Of a stretch of DNA of 64,000 bases, positions 10,657 through 20,064 are shown piece after piece. Below the pieces are notes generated by a model, which was not told the DNA's origin, ran no database searches, and was given only the letters and a program-made list of their open reading frames with translations. Origin of the DNA: Candidatus Kapaibacteriales bacterium (lineage in GTDB: Bacteria; Bacteroidota; Ignavibacteria; Kapaibacteriales; UBA2268); assembly GCA_965661945.1 (NCBI GenBank), contig CBFIFP010000001.1:515638-579637 (forward strand), in the 5' to 3' direction. Numbering within the stretch: the stretch's first letter is position 1; each line of letters begins with the position of its first letter. The translations under genes were made by a program, and so were the position numbers.

Positions 10657-11298
10657 CTAAATATATAAATTATATAATTTTATATAATCATATACTTTAT
10701 CAGGCAAAAGGTAATTTGTTGATTTTTTTTGTTTAAAGCGTTCTCTTATATCTGATGAAGAAATTTCCATATTTGTATTGTCAATCCACATTGGAGATTT
10801 ATCACCAACTGTAAGTTTATCAGTTATTTGTTCTCTTTCTTTAGTAGGAAAAGAGTTTTCATCAATTCTTTTTGCGATTGTCAGTTGAGAGTTTTTGCAA
10901 ATTTCCTGCCAGTTTTTCCATTTATGAAAATGATTTGCTTGGTCTTGACCAATTAAAAAATATAATTCAGAATTTGAGTATTTATTTTTGAAATGTCCGA
11001 TAGTTAAATAACTATATGAAATTCCTTTGTTTTTTATTTCAAAATCATCAATTTGAAAGTGGGGGTTGCTTCCTAAAGCAAGTTTAACCATATTTAATCT
11101 GTGTCTGGCATTAAGTTCAGTTTCGGCAAGTTCTTCTATTTTGAAAGGAGATTGAAATGTTGGCACAAAGTAACATTTGTCTAAGCCAATTTGGTCGTAA
11201 AACTGTTCTGCGATCGCAAGATGAGCAATATGTATTGGATTAAAAGTTCCTCCAATTATTCCTATTTTTTCCATACGCTTAAACAAAAAGGAAAGCAA
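10657..11298 (-). CDS. nadD: nicotinate-nucleotide adenylyltransferase (likely true start at Met9, about position 11274)
   Basis: GIIGGTFNPIHIAHL nucleotidyltransferase motif. Length about 205 aa. Confidence 0.8.
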   Translation of the reverse strand: MLSFLFKRMEKIGIIGGTFNPIHIAHLAIAEQFYDQIGLDKCYFVPTFQSPFKIEELAETELNARHRLNMVKLALGSNPHFQIDDFEIKNKGISYSYLTIGHFKNKYSNSELYFLIGQDQANHFHKWKNWQEICKNSQLTIAKRIDENSFPTKEREQITDKLTVGDKSPMWIDNTNMEISSSDIRERFKQKKSTNYLLPDKVYDYIKLYNLYI

Positions 11299-11331
11299 GG
11301 AGAATTAACTCCTCGCTTTATTTAAAGATTA

Positions 11332-12657
11332 TTAATTTGACATCATAAGATTGCTTGCTGTAGCACGTTTACCATGCACAACATTCAAAGATTGGAAGCT
11401 ACGGTTTGATTTTACTCTTGCTTCAAATTCGGAACGGAATTTATTCACAAAGCCACGAACGGGCCAAGCTGCAGCATCACCCAAAGCACAAATAGTATTT
11501 CCTTCTATATTATCACAAACAGAAAGTAATAAATCTAAATCTTGAGATGTAGCATCACCTTTTACTAAACGCTTTAAGATTTTCTCAAGCCAACCGCATC
11601 CCTCTCTACAAGGGGTGCATTGTCCACAAGACTCATGATGGTAAAAATGTGCAATTCGCAAAGTAACTTTTACAATATCAGTATCTTCATCCATCACCAT
11701 TACACCAGCAGTTCCAATGTGAGTTCCGATTTGCTTTAAAGATTCTTCATCCATTTTAATATCAATTTCATCTGCAGTTAAGGGAGGCATTGAAGAACCA
11801 CCAGGAATAACAGCTTTTACTTTTTTATTACCCGGCACACCACCACATACATCATAAATCAAACTACGAAGAGTTATACCAGTTTCAAGTTCATAAACGC
11901 CTGGTTTATTTACATGTCCTGAAACTCCGTAGAGTAACGTTCCAGGGTGTCCTGGCGCTCCAAGTTTAGAATAATTTTCTGCTCCCATTTTTATAATTAC
12001 AGGAACAGCGGCAATAGTTTCAATATTATTAACAGTAGTAGGTTGTCCCCATAGCCCACGTTGAGCAGGGAATGGTGGCTTAACTCTTGGGTAAGCTCTA
12101 TCTCCCTCAAGAGAATTCATAAGTGATGTTTCTTCACCACAAATATAAGCTCCAGCACCTTTATGTACATAAATATCAGTAACAAAGTCAGTTCCCCAAG
12201 TTTCTTTCATTTTAGGACCGACAAGCCCAGCAGCATAAGCTTCATCTACAGCATTTTGCATCATATCAACCCATTTGTGATACTCTCCGCGAATGTAGAT
12301 ATAACCTGCTTTATTGCCCATTGCATAATTTGCAATTAAAATACCTTCAATTAGTAAATGTGGATTAGACTCAAAAATTTGTCTATCTTTGAAAGAGCCA
12401 GGTTCTGATTCATCACCATTCACAGCAAGATATTTTGTAATTGAATCATCTTTAGGCATAAAAGACCATTTTAAGCCAGTAGGGAAACATGCTCCACCAC
12501 GACCTCTTAAGTTTGACTTTTTAACTTCATCAATTACTTGGTCTTTGCTCCAAGATAATATTTTTTTGAAAGATTCATATCCGCCATTTTGTTTATATAC
12601 CTCTAATTTATGTAAGTTAGGTATATCAGGTAAAATTAATTTAGGGTTTTCTGCCAT
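11332..12657 (-). CDS. nuoF: NADH-quinone oxidoreductase subunit F-like (NuoF/HoxF family flavoprotein), stand-alone
   Basis: 441 aa. GRGGACFPTGLKWSF NADH/FMN motif. ESCGQCTPCREGCGWL 4Fe-4S motif. No other nuo genes adjacent. Confidence 0.75.
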   Translation of the reverse strand: MAENPKLILPDIPNLHKLEVYKQNGGYESFKKILSWSKDQVIDEVKKSNLRGRGGACFPTGLKWSFMPKDDSITKYLAVNGDESEPGSFKDRQIFESNPHLLIEGILIANYAMGNKAGYIYIRGEYHKWVDMMQNAVDEAYAAGLVGPKMKETWGTDFVTDIYVHKGAGAYICGEETSLMNSLEGDRAYPRVKPPFPAQRGLWGQPTTVNNIETIAAVPVIIKMGAENYSKLGAPGHPGTLLYGVSGHVNKPGVYELETGITLRSLIYDVCGGVPGNKKVKAVIPGGSSMPPLTADEIDIKMDEESLKQIGTHIGTAGVMVMDEDTDIVKVTLRIAHFYHHESCGQCTPCREGCGWLEKILKRLVKGDATSQDLDLLLSVCDNIEGNTICALGDAAAWPVRGFVNKFRSEFEARVKSNRSFQSLNVVHGKRATASNLMMSN

Positions 12658-12756
12658 ATTAAATTCTATTTTGTTTTTTTAATTTCGTAAAAATAAGAAT
12701 AATTTTTTAAAATAAATAATTTCGCATAAGATTTTTGCAAAACTAATTACTAAAAT

Positions 12757-13920
12757 TTATTCAAAAGCGCTAATACCAGTAATATCTTGACCAAGTATGA
12801 GGGTATGAATGTCATGAGTTCCTTCATAAGTCTTAACTGATTCTAAATTAGCTGAGTGACGCATAATTGGGTATTCAGCTAAAATTCCGTTAGCTCCGTG
12901 AATATCTCTAGCCAGACGGCAACACTCTAAAGCGATTTCACAAGAATTTCTTTTAACAAAAGAAACGTGTTGTGGTCTAAATTCTCCCTTTTCCATCATT
13001 CTACCTACTCTATGGACTGATAACTGAGCTTTAGAGATTTCTGTCATCATCCACACAAGTTTTTGCTGTACAAGTTGAAAACCGCCAATAGGTCTGCCAA
13101 ATTGAATTCTGGATTTTGAATAATTAACCGATGATTCATAAACTTGCATAGCCGCACCGATTACTCCGTAAGAAATTCCAAATCTTGCTTGAGTTAAGCA
13201 AGATAAAGGACCTTTCAAGCCCTCAATATTTAATCTATTTTCTTCAGGTATTTCTACATCATCAAAAATTAACTCTGATGTTATGGATGCTCTAAGTGAG
13301 TGTTTTCCTTTCATCTCTGGAGCTGTAAAGCCCTTCATTCCTTTTTCTACAATGAAACCATTTACCTTGCCATCTAATTTTGCCCAAACTACAGCAACAT
13401 CTGCTATAGTGCCATTAGTTATCCACATTTTAGCACCATTAAGCAAATAACCACCATCAATTTTTTTAGCATTAGTAAGCATACCAGAGGGATTAGAGCC
13501 ATGGTCTGGTTCTGTTAGTCCAAAACAACCAATAGCTGTACCATTTGCAAGTTTAGGTAGCCATTTTTGTTTAACTGACTCATTAGCATAAGTTTCAATC
13601 GGATACATTACAAGAGAATTTTGAACAGAAGCAAATGACCTTAATCCAGAGTCTCCCCTTTCAAGTTCTTGCATTGCCAAACCATAAGCACAATATCCAG
13701 CACCTGCTCCACCATATTTTTCTGAGGTTTTAATTCCGAAGATACCAAGTTCTGCAAGTTTAGCAGTTATTTCGTAAGGAAAATTTCCATCAAGATAGTG
13801 TTGCTCAATTATGGGCATAACCTCATTATCAACAAACTCTCTAACTGAGTTTCTAATTAAAATTTCATCTTCAGTGTATAATTCATCTAAATTAAAAAAA
13901 TCTAATCCTTGGAAAGCCAT
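12757..13920 (-). CDS. acyl-CoA dehydrogenase (glutaryl-CoA dehydrogenase-like)
   Basis: 387 aa with overall ACAD family architecture. C-terminal ..YEGTHDIHTLILGQDITG.. is typical of ACADs. Confidence 0.75.
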   Translation of the reverse strand: MAFQGLDFFNLDELYTEDEILIRNSVREFVDNEVMPIIEQHYLDGNFPYEITAKLAELGIFGIKTSEKYGGAGAGYCAYGLAMQELERGDSGLRSFASVQNSLVMYPIETYANESVKQKWLPKLANGTAIGCFGLTEPDHGSNPSGMLTNAKKIDGGYLLNGAKMWITNGTIADVAVVWAKLDGKVNGFIVEKGMKGFTAPEMKGKHSLRASITSELIFDDVEIPEENRLNIEGLKGPLSCLTQARFGISYGVIGAAMQVYESSVNYSKSRIQFGRPIGGFQLVQQKLVWMMTEISKAQLSVHRVGRMMEKGEFRPQHVSFVKRNSCEIALECCRLARDIHGANGILAEYPIMRHSANLESVKTYEGTHDIHTLILGQDITGISAFE

Positions 13921-14051
13921 ATTTATATCTAGTTGTTTAATGTTAAAATTTTAAGTAATGACGAATAAAATTCAAAAATAATTTAAAGTAAAATTTTAAA
14001 TATATTTATTAGAAGTTTTAAAATAAATTATCCGAAAAATATATTCAAAAA

Positions 14052-15416
14052 TCAACTTTTCCTAACTAATCTCGAAGCAAATGCTCCATCTGTATTATGC
14101 AAATGAGGTAAAGTCTGCATCATTTTATTTGTACAAATCTCTTTATGTAAATAGTTTTCAGCATCATCAAGTTCAAAATTATTATTATTTGACAAAAACT
14201 TATTAACTATTTTTTCATTCTCATCTGGCTCAATAGTACAAGTAGAATATACAACTCTACCACCTACTTTTACAAATTTACTAGCAATATCTAAAAATTC
14301 ATATTGAATATTATTTAATTTTGCTAAACTTTCTTTTTCAACAGTCCATTTAATATCAGGCTTCTTAGAAATTGTTCCTAATCCTGTACAAGGAACATCT
14401 ATTTGAACGCCATCAAATAATTCTTCAGTTTTTAAATCTCTAATATCACCTACTTTAGTCTCTACAGACTTATAACCTAATCTTGTAATATTATCATTGA
14501 TTAACTTAACTCTTGCTTCAAATAAATCAACTGCCAATACTTTACCTTTGTCGTTCATATCTTCAATAATCTGACTAGTTTTACCACCTGGAGCAGCACA
14601 AAGATCTAAAATATTTTCATTTTCTTTAGCGTTAAGCAATTTAGCAGCAAGGGAAGCAGAAGTATCTTGTATTGTTATTTTACCAGATTTAAAAAGTTCA
14701 GTTTGTTGCATTTTAATCTTATGAGTTAAAATTTTTATTGAACCCTCCAAATATGGAGACTCCTGAAACTCGACATTATGCTCGTTGAAAAGAGTAAATA
14801 TTTCATCTCTGGTGATTTTCATTGGATTGATTTTAACCGTTTGAAAAGGAATTTCATTGTTTTTCTTTAAAAGTTTTAAAGTATCTTCCTCTCCATATCT
14901 TTCTAACCATCTGAGAACCATCCATTTTGGATGTGATTCCATAATAGATATATAAAACGGCCTATCTTCATTTTCCTTTGGATATCTAATATTGTCTATA
15001 TTTCTTGCAATATTTCTTAAAACCCCATTAATCAGACCGGCAGTTTTCTTACCTTGTTTTCTTTTAACTATTTCAACAGCTTCATCAATAGCAGCAGAAT
15101 TAGGAACCTTATCAAGATATAATATTTGGTATAAACCAACTCTTAAAGCATTTTTTACATAATTAAAACATTTCTGGAAGTCGCCGTGAAAAAAACCAAT
15201 TAGTATCCAATCTAACCTAGCTTTCCAACGAGTGACTCCATAAGTTAATTCCATTAATAAAGCTTTATCCATATCATTGAAGTTACCGCTATTAATTTCA
15301 AAATCAACAAGTTTATCAATATAAGAACCGCTACGCTCTATTCTATTTAAAATTTTTACAGCCGCAAGTCTTGCAGGGTTTATTTCTTTATCATTTATTT
15401 CTAAATTATCTAACAT
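14052..15416 (-). CDS. rsmB: 16S rRNA (cytosine967-C5)-methyltransferase with NusB-like N-terminal domain
   Basis: 454 aa. N-terminal NusB-like region. Sun/NOL1 motifs LDLCAAPGGKT and DVPCTGLG. Confidence 0.8.
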   Translation of the reverse strand: MLDNLEINDKEINPARLAAVKILNRIERSGSYIDKLVDFEINSGNFNDMDKALLMELTYGVTRWKARLDWILIGFFHGDFQKCFNYVKNALRVGLYQILYLDKVPNSAAIDEAVEIVKRKQGKKTAGLINGVLRNIARNIDNIRYPKENEDRPFYISIMESHPKWMVLRWLERYGEEDTLKLLKKNNEIPFQTVKINPMKITRDEIFTLFNEHNVEFQESPYLEGSIKILTHKIKMQQTELFKSGKITIQDTSASLAAKLLNAKENENILDLCAAPGGKTSQIIEDMNDKGKVLAVDLFEARVKLINDNITRLGYKSVETKVGDIRDLKTEELFDGVQIDVPCTGLGTISKKPDIKWTVEKESLAKLNNIQYEFLDIASKFVKVGGRVVYSTCTIEPDENEKIVNKFLSNNNNFELDDAENYLHKEICTNKMMQTLPHLHNTDGAFASRLVRKS

Positions 15417-15491
15417 TGAAACTTAAATTTGTATTTTTAAAAATGCAATTTAACATTTTTGTAGCATAGTTTATAATTTAAACAAAAGATA

Positions 15492-17642
15492 TTATAATAG
15501 TGATGACCTTTTTCTGATAAACCATTCTAAAGACAACAATAATATTGGGATAATTAAAAGCCAAATTTTATCTCTAAAAGTTACATCTTCCTTTGTATAA
15601 GAAGGAATAGATTTTAGCTTAACATTATTGTCAATAATATCATTAATATTTTTTACTTTAGATATATGATAATACTTTCCGCCACTCTTTTCAGCTATTT
15701 TTTCCAAAAGTTTTTTATTTATATCTGTCTTTAAGAATTCTAAAGGAGTATCACCCACGTCAAAAATATCGTTAACAGGACCTACATTCTTGTTTTTATA
15801 AACAGCATTTGCCTTAAAGGAATAAGAACCTTTTCCCAAGCCACCAATATTGGATTTATATTTACCATTTCCAATTGAGGTTAAAATAATATCTCTTTTT
15901 TCATTTTGAGCTTCAAGTGATACAGTTATTTCTGCTTCGTTTAATGGGTTATAGCTATCATCATATAACTGAGCATTGAACTCTACTGACTCTCCTGATG
16001 AATAAATTTTCTTATTAGTGTTAACTACAAATCTACTTTCATTATCTTTAATTGATAACCATTTTAATATATTATTTAATAGCTCTACATATACATCTAT
16101 TTCTGGAATTTTATTATTAGATAAGTCTTTTGCATATCCCAATAATTTCCATCTATACAAGCCATAACACATTGAAGCAATTACTTTTGCACCATTTACT
16201 TCAGAACTAATTAACATTGCTTCATTTAGTACATTATTATTCATCTTTAAATTTAAAAGCATCTTAGAGGATGGTTTTAACTTCACAAAAGTTTCTGTTT
16301 TAAATATAGTTGGCTGGTCATTCCATATACTTTCATCTACACTTTTAAACTTAATAACTGATTCTCCAATAGAAGTTTCAACTAAATTCGCTTGAACTTG
16401 AAATTCTCTAGGGTTATGAGAAATAATTTCAAATGGTAAATATTTGGATAATAATTTTAATTTATTAACATCAACGTCAGGACCAAACATATAAAATAAG
16501 GGTTTTCCTTTTTTTAACTCAACTTTAATTCTTTCAATTAATCTATTGTCAGTAAACCTATTAGGGAAATTATTTAATATAATTAATTGACTTTCCACAA
16601 GCTCTTTTTCTAAATTTACATTATATAATTCACTCTGTTTCTTTTGAATTATTTTAGATAAATTTATATTTGATTTTGACTCCAGCTCACGAACAATAAA
16701 AGATAAATCTACATTAGAACTACCCGATATCAAACATATATTTTTTTTATCATCAAGGACTTTTATAAATTCATTTATTTGATTATTTTTAATATTTTCT
16801 TCGTCAAAATTACTGATTGCTTTAACAGTAATTCTCTTATTACCAGAAGTCTTTGGTATATATTCAAAAACTAAATTATAATTTTTTTGATTTTCAAAAA
16901 CATTAAAATCAATAGTATCCAATGGGTTATTATTTTCATATAGTACTACATCAACTCTCCCAGTATCCGTAGAATTAACTTCAATACTTACATCAATAGG
17001 AATTGCCGAATTAATATAAGCAATTTTATTTGTCAAAATATTATAAATTGCCAAATCAGGTTTGATTACAGTATCTCCAACTCCGATTATGTATATAGGA
17101 GTTGTTGCATATTCAATATCAATTAAAGGGTTTCTGCCTTGATTATAATTTCCATCGGTAATTATAACTGAAGCAACATTATTTTCTCTTGAATTGAATG
17201 AGGCAATCTTTGAAAGTACCGAAGAAATATTAGTGTAATTTCCATTAAAAATTAAAGAATCAATTTTATCTTTGTCTAATTTAATTGTTTCAGTATCAAA
17301 TTTATAAATATTATCTTGTTCTGATTCTAGCTCATTCAATAAATTATTAATTATTTCTTTATTTTCATTTCTAAGACCAAGAATTGATTGAGAGTTATCA
17401 ATAAAATAAGACACTTTAGCGGGTATATCTTTCGAAGATGTAATATTTAGAATAGGGTTGAAAATCAAAAATAATAATATTGTCAAAGAAATTATACGTA
17501 AAGAAATCAGCAAATTCCTTTTGAAATTACTTATAGTTGGAATAGTCTTTTGGTAAGTATAAATTGTTATTCCAGCAATCAAAATAAAAAGCGCAATAAA
17601 AAGAAAGTACGAGCCAACAATAGTAAAAGTATATGAATTCAT
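15492..17642 (-). CDS. vWA-domain membrane protein (BatA-like N-terminal TM pair plus vWA with DxSxS, large extracytoplasmic region, C-terminal TM anchor)
   Basis: 716 aa. Two N-terminal TM helices. FIDNSQS MIDAS-like motif and VIITDGNYNQGRNPL..IYIIGVGD vWA tail. C-terminal IWLLIIPILLLSLEWFIRKR. Confidence 0.5.
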   Translation of the reverse strand: MNSYTFTIVGSYFLFIALFILIAGITIYTYQKTIPTISNFKRNLLISLRIISLTILLFLIFNPILNITSSKDIPAKVSYFIDNSQSILGLRNENKEIINNLLNELESEQDNIYKFDTETIKLDKDKIDSLIFNGNYTNISSVLSKIASFNSRENNVASVIITDGNYNQGRNPLIDIEYATTPIYIIGVGDTVIKPDLAIYNILTNKIAYINSAIPIDVSIEVNSTDTGRVDVVLYENNNPLDTIDFNVFENQKNYNLVFEYIPKTSGNKRITVKAISNFDEENIKNNQINEFIKVLDDKKNICLISGSSNVDLSFIVRELESKSNINLSKIIQKKQSELYNVNLEKELVESQLIILNNFPNRFTDNRLIERIKVELKKGKPLFYMFGPDVDVNKLKLLSKYLPFEIISHNPREFQVQANLVETSIGESVIKFKSVDESIWNDQPTIFKTETFVKLKPSSKMLLNLKMNNNVLNEAMLISSEVNGAKVIASMCYGLYRWKLLGYAKDLSNNKIPEIDVYVELLNNILKWLSIKDNESRFVVNTNKKIYSSGESVEFNAQLYDDSYNPLNEAEITVSLEAQNEKRDIILTSIGNGKYKSNIGGLGKGSYSFKANAVYKNKNVGPVNDIFDVGDTPLEFLKTDINKKLLEKIAEKSGGKYYHISKVKNINDIIDNNVKLKSIPSYTKEDVTFRDKIWLLIIPILLLSLEWFIRKRSSLL

Positions 17643-17707
17643 TTATCCCTATTAATATCAATTTTATATCAGTTTTATGTAAATATTATGTTAATTTTTA
17701 AACATAC

Positions 17708-18892
17708 TTAGTACCTATCCATCAAAGAAGCATATTTTTTTTCATAGGTCCTTTCATCAATTACATTAAATATCTGTTCCCCTTTTACGTTTATATAATA
17801 AATTTGTTTTTCTTTCCAAGCAAGTGCAAGACCATTAATAAATTGACTAATATAATCATACTCATCAAAATGTAATTTTTTTTCTTTAAAATTGTAAATT
17901 CTCCATTTAGAGCCAACTTCAACAGGTATAACATCTTGGTAAGCATCACCAAATTTTCGATACTTATCATCAAGCACTATTTCTCCGTTAATGTCAACTA
18001 AATAAAATTTTGAACTTAATTTCACTTTCGCATGATTATTTTTGAAAGGATAGGCGTATTCAAATTTTTTTTCTGTGATAATTTTACCATTGTTGTCAAT
18101 AAGTTCGAACATACCATTTCTTTTAATGAAGGCTCTATTATTATTAAAACTTGTAGCATCTTCAATTTTTCCTAAATCTAAAAATTGCTTAGTTCCATTA
18201 GAATCAATAAAATATACATCTTCGTTAGTTTTCATTAACGCGAGAGAGTTAGAGAAATCACCCGCATAGACAATATCTTGTAATTGGATAACTTTATTTC
18301 CGATAGAATCAATAAAATAAACATCATAAACTCCGTTTGAGAGATACTCGTAAACCAACACCCTATTATCAATACATTCTCCAATATAAATGTATTTTAA
18401 ATGCTCTAAATGATTTTTGAAATCTATTGATTCACTCTCAGAAAATTCTGCGAACTTATAATTTCTTTTGATAACAGATAAACTAATTAAATTTGAATTA
18501 TATGGAACATCACTTGGCATTTTGGAATCTTCAAAGTCATATCTGATAAAATTATTACTACTTGGATATAAATTTTTAACCTTTTTGAGAATCAGAGCAT
18601 TCCCAGAAGTATCTAATAAGCCGAATTCCCTTTTGTAAGGAAATAAAACCCATAGCCATTTTTCTCTTTCAACTCCAGCAACTCCATCTTTGAAATAACA
18701 ATAATCAGGGAATTTCATTCCTAGTTCAAACTCTTGGTCGCTTCTTCTTGATAAAAAATAATTTACCTTTGTATCGTATATTGGCTCAATTACAACTTCA
18801 CCATTGATATCTACATAGCCCATCTTATCGTTTCTGATAAACGGAAAATAATTTGAGTATAATAAACTTGATATTAACAGCAAAAATAACAT
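17708..18892 (-). CDS. WG-repeat (KWG) containing protein
   Basis: 394 aa with repeated K(M/W)G(Y/F)(I/V)D..G..VI.P.YD-like units. Confidence 0.5.
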   Translation of the reverse strand: MLFLLLISSLLYSNYFPFIRNDKMGYVDINGEVVIEPIYDTKVNYFLSRRSDQEFELGMKFPDYCYFKDGVAGVEREKWLWVLFPYKREFGLLDTSGNALILKKVKNLYPSSNNFIRYDFEDSKMPSDVPYNSNLISLSVIKRNYKFAEFSESESIDFKNHLEHLKYIYIGECIDNRVLVYEYLSNGVYDVYFIDSIGNKVIQLQDIVYAGDFSNSLALMKTNEDVYFIDSNGTKQFLDLGKIEDATSFNNNRAFIKRNGMFELIDNNGKIITEKKFEYAYPFKNNHAKVKLSSKFYLVDINGEIVLDDKYRKFGDAYQDVIPVEVGSKWRIYNFKEKKLHFDEYDYISQFINGLALAWKEKQIYYINVKGEQIFNVIDERTYEKKYASLMDRY

Positions 18893-19357
18893 CTATTCAA
18901 TTTCTCCAAAAATTTCCTTCAATACTTTTTTTCGATAACCAAAAATACCATTCAATTGTTTTTCAACAAAAAGCCAGTTGGCAAGTCTTCCAAAAATACC
19001 AAAAGGAACGACATAATGAATTATATCATCCATTTCAACCCCACCGTCAATTTCTTTAAAAAAGTGTTGGTGATGCCACATAGAATAAGGACCAAACCTT
19101 TGATTATCAATGAAGAAGTTTGGTTCGCTAACTTGAGTAATTTCAGTTACCCAAGTTACATTGAAACCCTTTATAGGACTTAATTTGTAACAAATAAGCA
19201 TACCAGGGTACATTTTATCTGGAAACTCGTTAATAATATTAAATCCCAGATGGGATGGTGTGATTTTTTTTAAATTTTTTGGGTTTGAAAAAAAATCCCA
19301 AGCTTGATTCATATCAATTTTTAATTTTTGATTAGTTTTAAGTGTATACACTTTCAT
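18893..19357 (-). CDS. SRPBCC (START/Bet v1-like, polyketide_cyc2-type) family protein
   Basis: 154 aa. Adjacent to the WG-repeat gene with no gap. Composition and length are typical for the family. Confidence 0.5.
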   Translation of the reverse strand: MKVYTLKTNQKLKIDMNQAWDFFSNPKNLKKITPSHLGFNIINEFPDKMYPGMLICYKLSPIKGFNVTWVTEITQVSEPNFFIDNQRFGPYSMWHHQHFFKEIDGGVEMDDIIHYVVPFGIFGRLANWLFVEKQLNGIFGYRKKVLKEIFGEIE

Positions 19358-19464
19358 TAATGCGTCCTTCTATGAAATAAAATTATTATTTATAGACGTA
19401 ACGATTAACTTAAAATTATTAATTATTTAATTAATACATTAACTATACAAAATTATAACAAAAA

Positions 19465-20064
19465 TTAAAACATAAAAATTGGTTTGTGATCTTTTAAAAG
19501 CTCCCTCAATTCTGGGTCTGGTCCTAAATATTTATCCATAAATCCATCGAGTTCATCTTTAGTTTTTTGGGAAAGTAATCCGTGTGCCTCTTCTATTACC
19601 TCATTTGAAATTATATAAGGCATCAGAGAGAAAAGCATATATTTACCCTCGCAGTGGGCATAAATTTGATATTCGTCTAAATCATTAACAGGTTTACCTG
19701 TTACAATACAATTACTAATCCAATCATCAAATTTAAAATTATCGTTATCATTAAAATTGTTCCATCTATTCATCAAATCTAGTTTTGAAGAAAAATACTC
19801 ATCAATTTTCATCATAGAGTCTTTAGATAAAGTATCTCTTACTTCCAACGAACACTCCATACAAATAGCATACTCAAATATCGAATCAATGTGACCATTC
19901 GGATACTTTCTTACCCCCTTTTCAATAAAGTAATGAGTTTCAGTGCTGTGAAGGTTCTTCTTGCACATAATACACTCTTTAAATGATTCACCTGTAATGG
20001 TAGAATGGAAAATTTTTGGTATTTCAATCCTCTTTGGATTGAAGAACGGACTTAATAGGTTCAT
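19465..20064 (-). CDS. hypothetical protein with putative CxxC...CxxC zinc-ribbon
   Basis: 199 aa with CIMCKK and CMEC cysteine pairs. Overlaps the upstream methyltransferase gene by 41 nt. Confidence 0.4.
   Translation of the reverse strand: MNLLSPFFNPKRIEIPKIFHSTITGESFKECIMCKKNLHSTETHYFIEKGVRKYPNGHIDSIFEYAICMECSLEVRDTLSKDSMMKIDEYFSSKLDLMNRWNNFNDNDNFKFDDWISNCIVTGKPVNDLDEYQIYAHCEGKYMLFSLMPYIISNEVIEEAHGLLSQKTKDELDGFMDKYLGPDPELRELLKDHKPIFMF

Noticed and set aside
11275-11298. N-terminal extension of nadD (MLSFLFKR)
   Set aside because: The conserved domain begins at MEKIGIIGG. The upstream Met is probably not used.
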